A DNA stretch of 63,611 bases, the filler included, from Reticulomyxa filosa (Eukaryota > Protista > Foraminifera): NCBI GenBank assembly GCA_000512085.1. It is 12 parts of 12 records of this genome, joined end to end, with 100 filler letters (N's around TTAATTAATTAA, not from the genome) between each part and the next. Parts side by side here need not be neighbours in the genome. Positions count along the whole stretch, not along the records: positions 62,592 to 63,611 come from ASPP01027436.1; 11 more parts are not named here. One strand, 5' to 3'. The number at the start of each line of letters is the position of its first letter. Within the stretch, counting starts at the first letter, position 1. This document shows, piece by piece, positions 63,240-63,611 of the stretch. Both the position numbers and the translations under genes were made by a program. Under the pieces are notes generated by a model. That model searched no databases. It saw only the letters and a program-made list of their open reading frames with translations, and was not told where the DNA came from.

Positions 63240-63611
63240 CAATTCAATAACATGACAATTGTCAATATTCAAGAAGTAATGTAGCACGAAGACGAATTAG
63301 TGACTTAACAGTGATGTGTATAAGACAATTTGAACAAGAACCGAAGACATCAAATGAAACTGATAGAGTGATTAAATATGATTTCAAAGGGAAATTAAAA
63401 GATTTAAATGCTCATTTAATCAATGAGTGTCTTTTGAATTTAATTAATTGTTGGTTGAAATCATTTGGTTGTAATCATACATGCTTCAATCAAAGTTTAA
63501 AAAGTCATCTAATTGCAATATGAAATTACATTTTAATTTAGCTAATCAATTATTCCAGTTTATAAAGCAAGAAATCCAATTGAAAGATAATCGAATTAAA
63601 CAAATGAAAAG
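63240..63611 (+). pseudogene. TRAF-type zinc-finger protein relic
   Basis: HDNCQYS...ISDLTVMCIRQF...DFKGKLKDLNAHLINECLLNLINCWLKSFGCNHTC...LKSHL, with a frameshift after it and a decayed upstream part. Confidence 0.65.

Noticed and set aside
1-63611. tRNA/rRNA genes, operons, defence systems
   Set aside because: None recognised; the sequence is eukaryotic with spliceosomal introns, and cross-contig adjacency is artificial.

Overview
AT-rich eukaryotic (protist) genomic DNA, not prokaryotic. The window joins 12 separate contigs with an artificial 100-nt linker (N44-TTAATTAATTAA-N44), so gene order across linkers has no meaning. The gene families and style (PPR, degenerate Kelch and TRAF-zinc-finger relics, CAP-Gly, ND/N/E low-complexity tracts, short AT-rich introns) suggest a rhizarian, Reticulomyxa-like foraminiferan; this is an inference. 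Recognisable genes, mostly intron-containing: a PPR protein, a permuted-papain-like protein, a PB1+MIR protein, a MAP2K-like kinase, a Patched/NPC1-family 5' part, a NIPA Mg transporter, a putative PP1 interactor, a membrane class III (guanylyl-type) cyclase, LtrA, a Tim21/Coa1-like protein, an RGS protein, RSM22/METTL17 and a Mieap-like protein, plus many pseudogene relics. Several otherwise intact genes have single-base homopolymer frameshifts that look like sequencing errors. Most notable: (1) a ~4 kb unit bounded by ~700-bp inverted repeats, each with twin GC hairpins and an inward-facing ATG, enclosing a decaying intron-containing RPEL+CAP-Gly gene (Pack-MULE/foldback-like; the hairpin motif recurs on another contig); (2) introns rich in palindromes with A-rich acceptors, one of which pairs its 5' splice site with its 3' end over 12 bp; (3) unusual domain architectures. 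All family calls come from reading motifs by eye; no searches were run.
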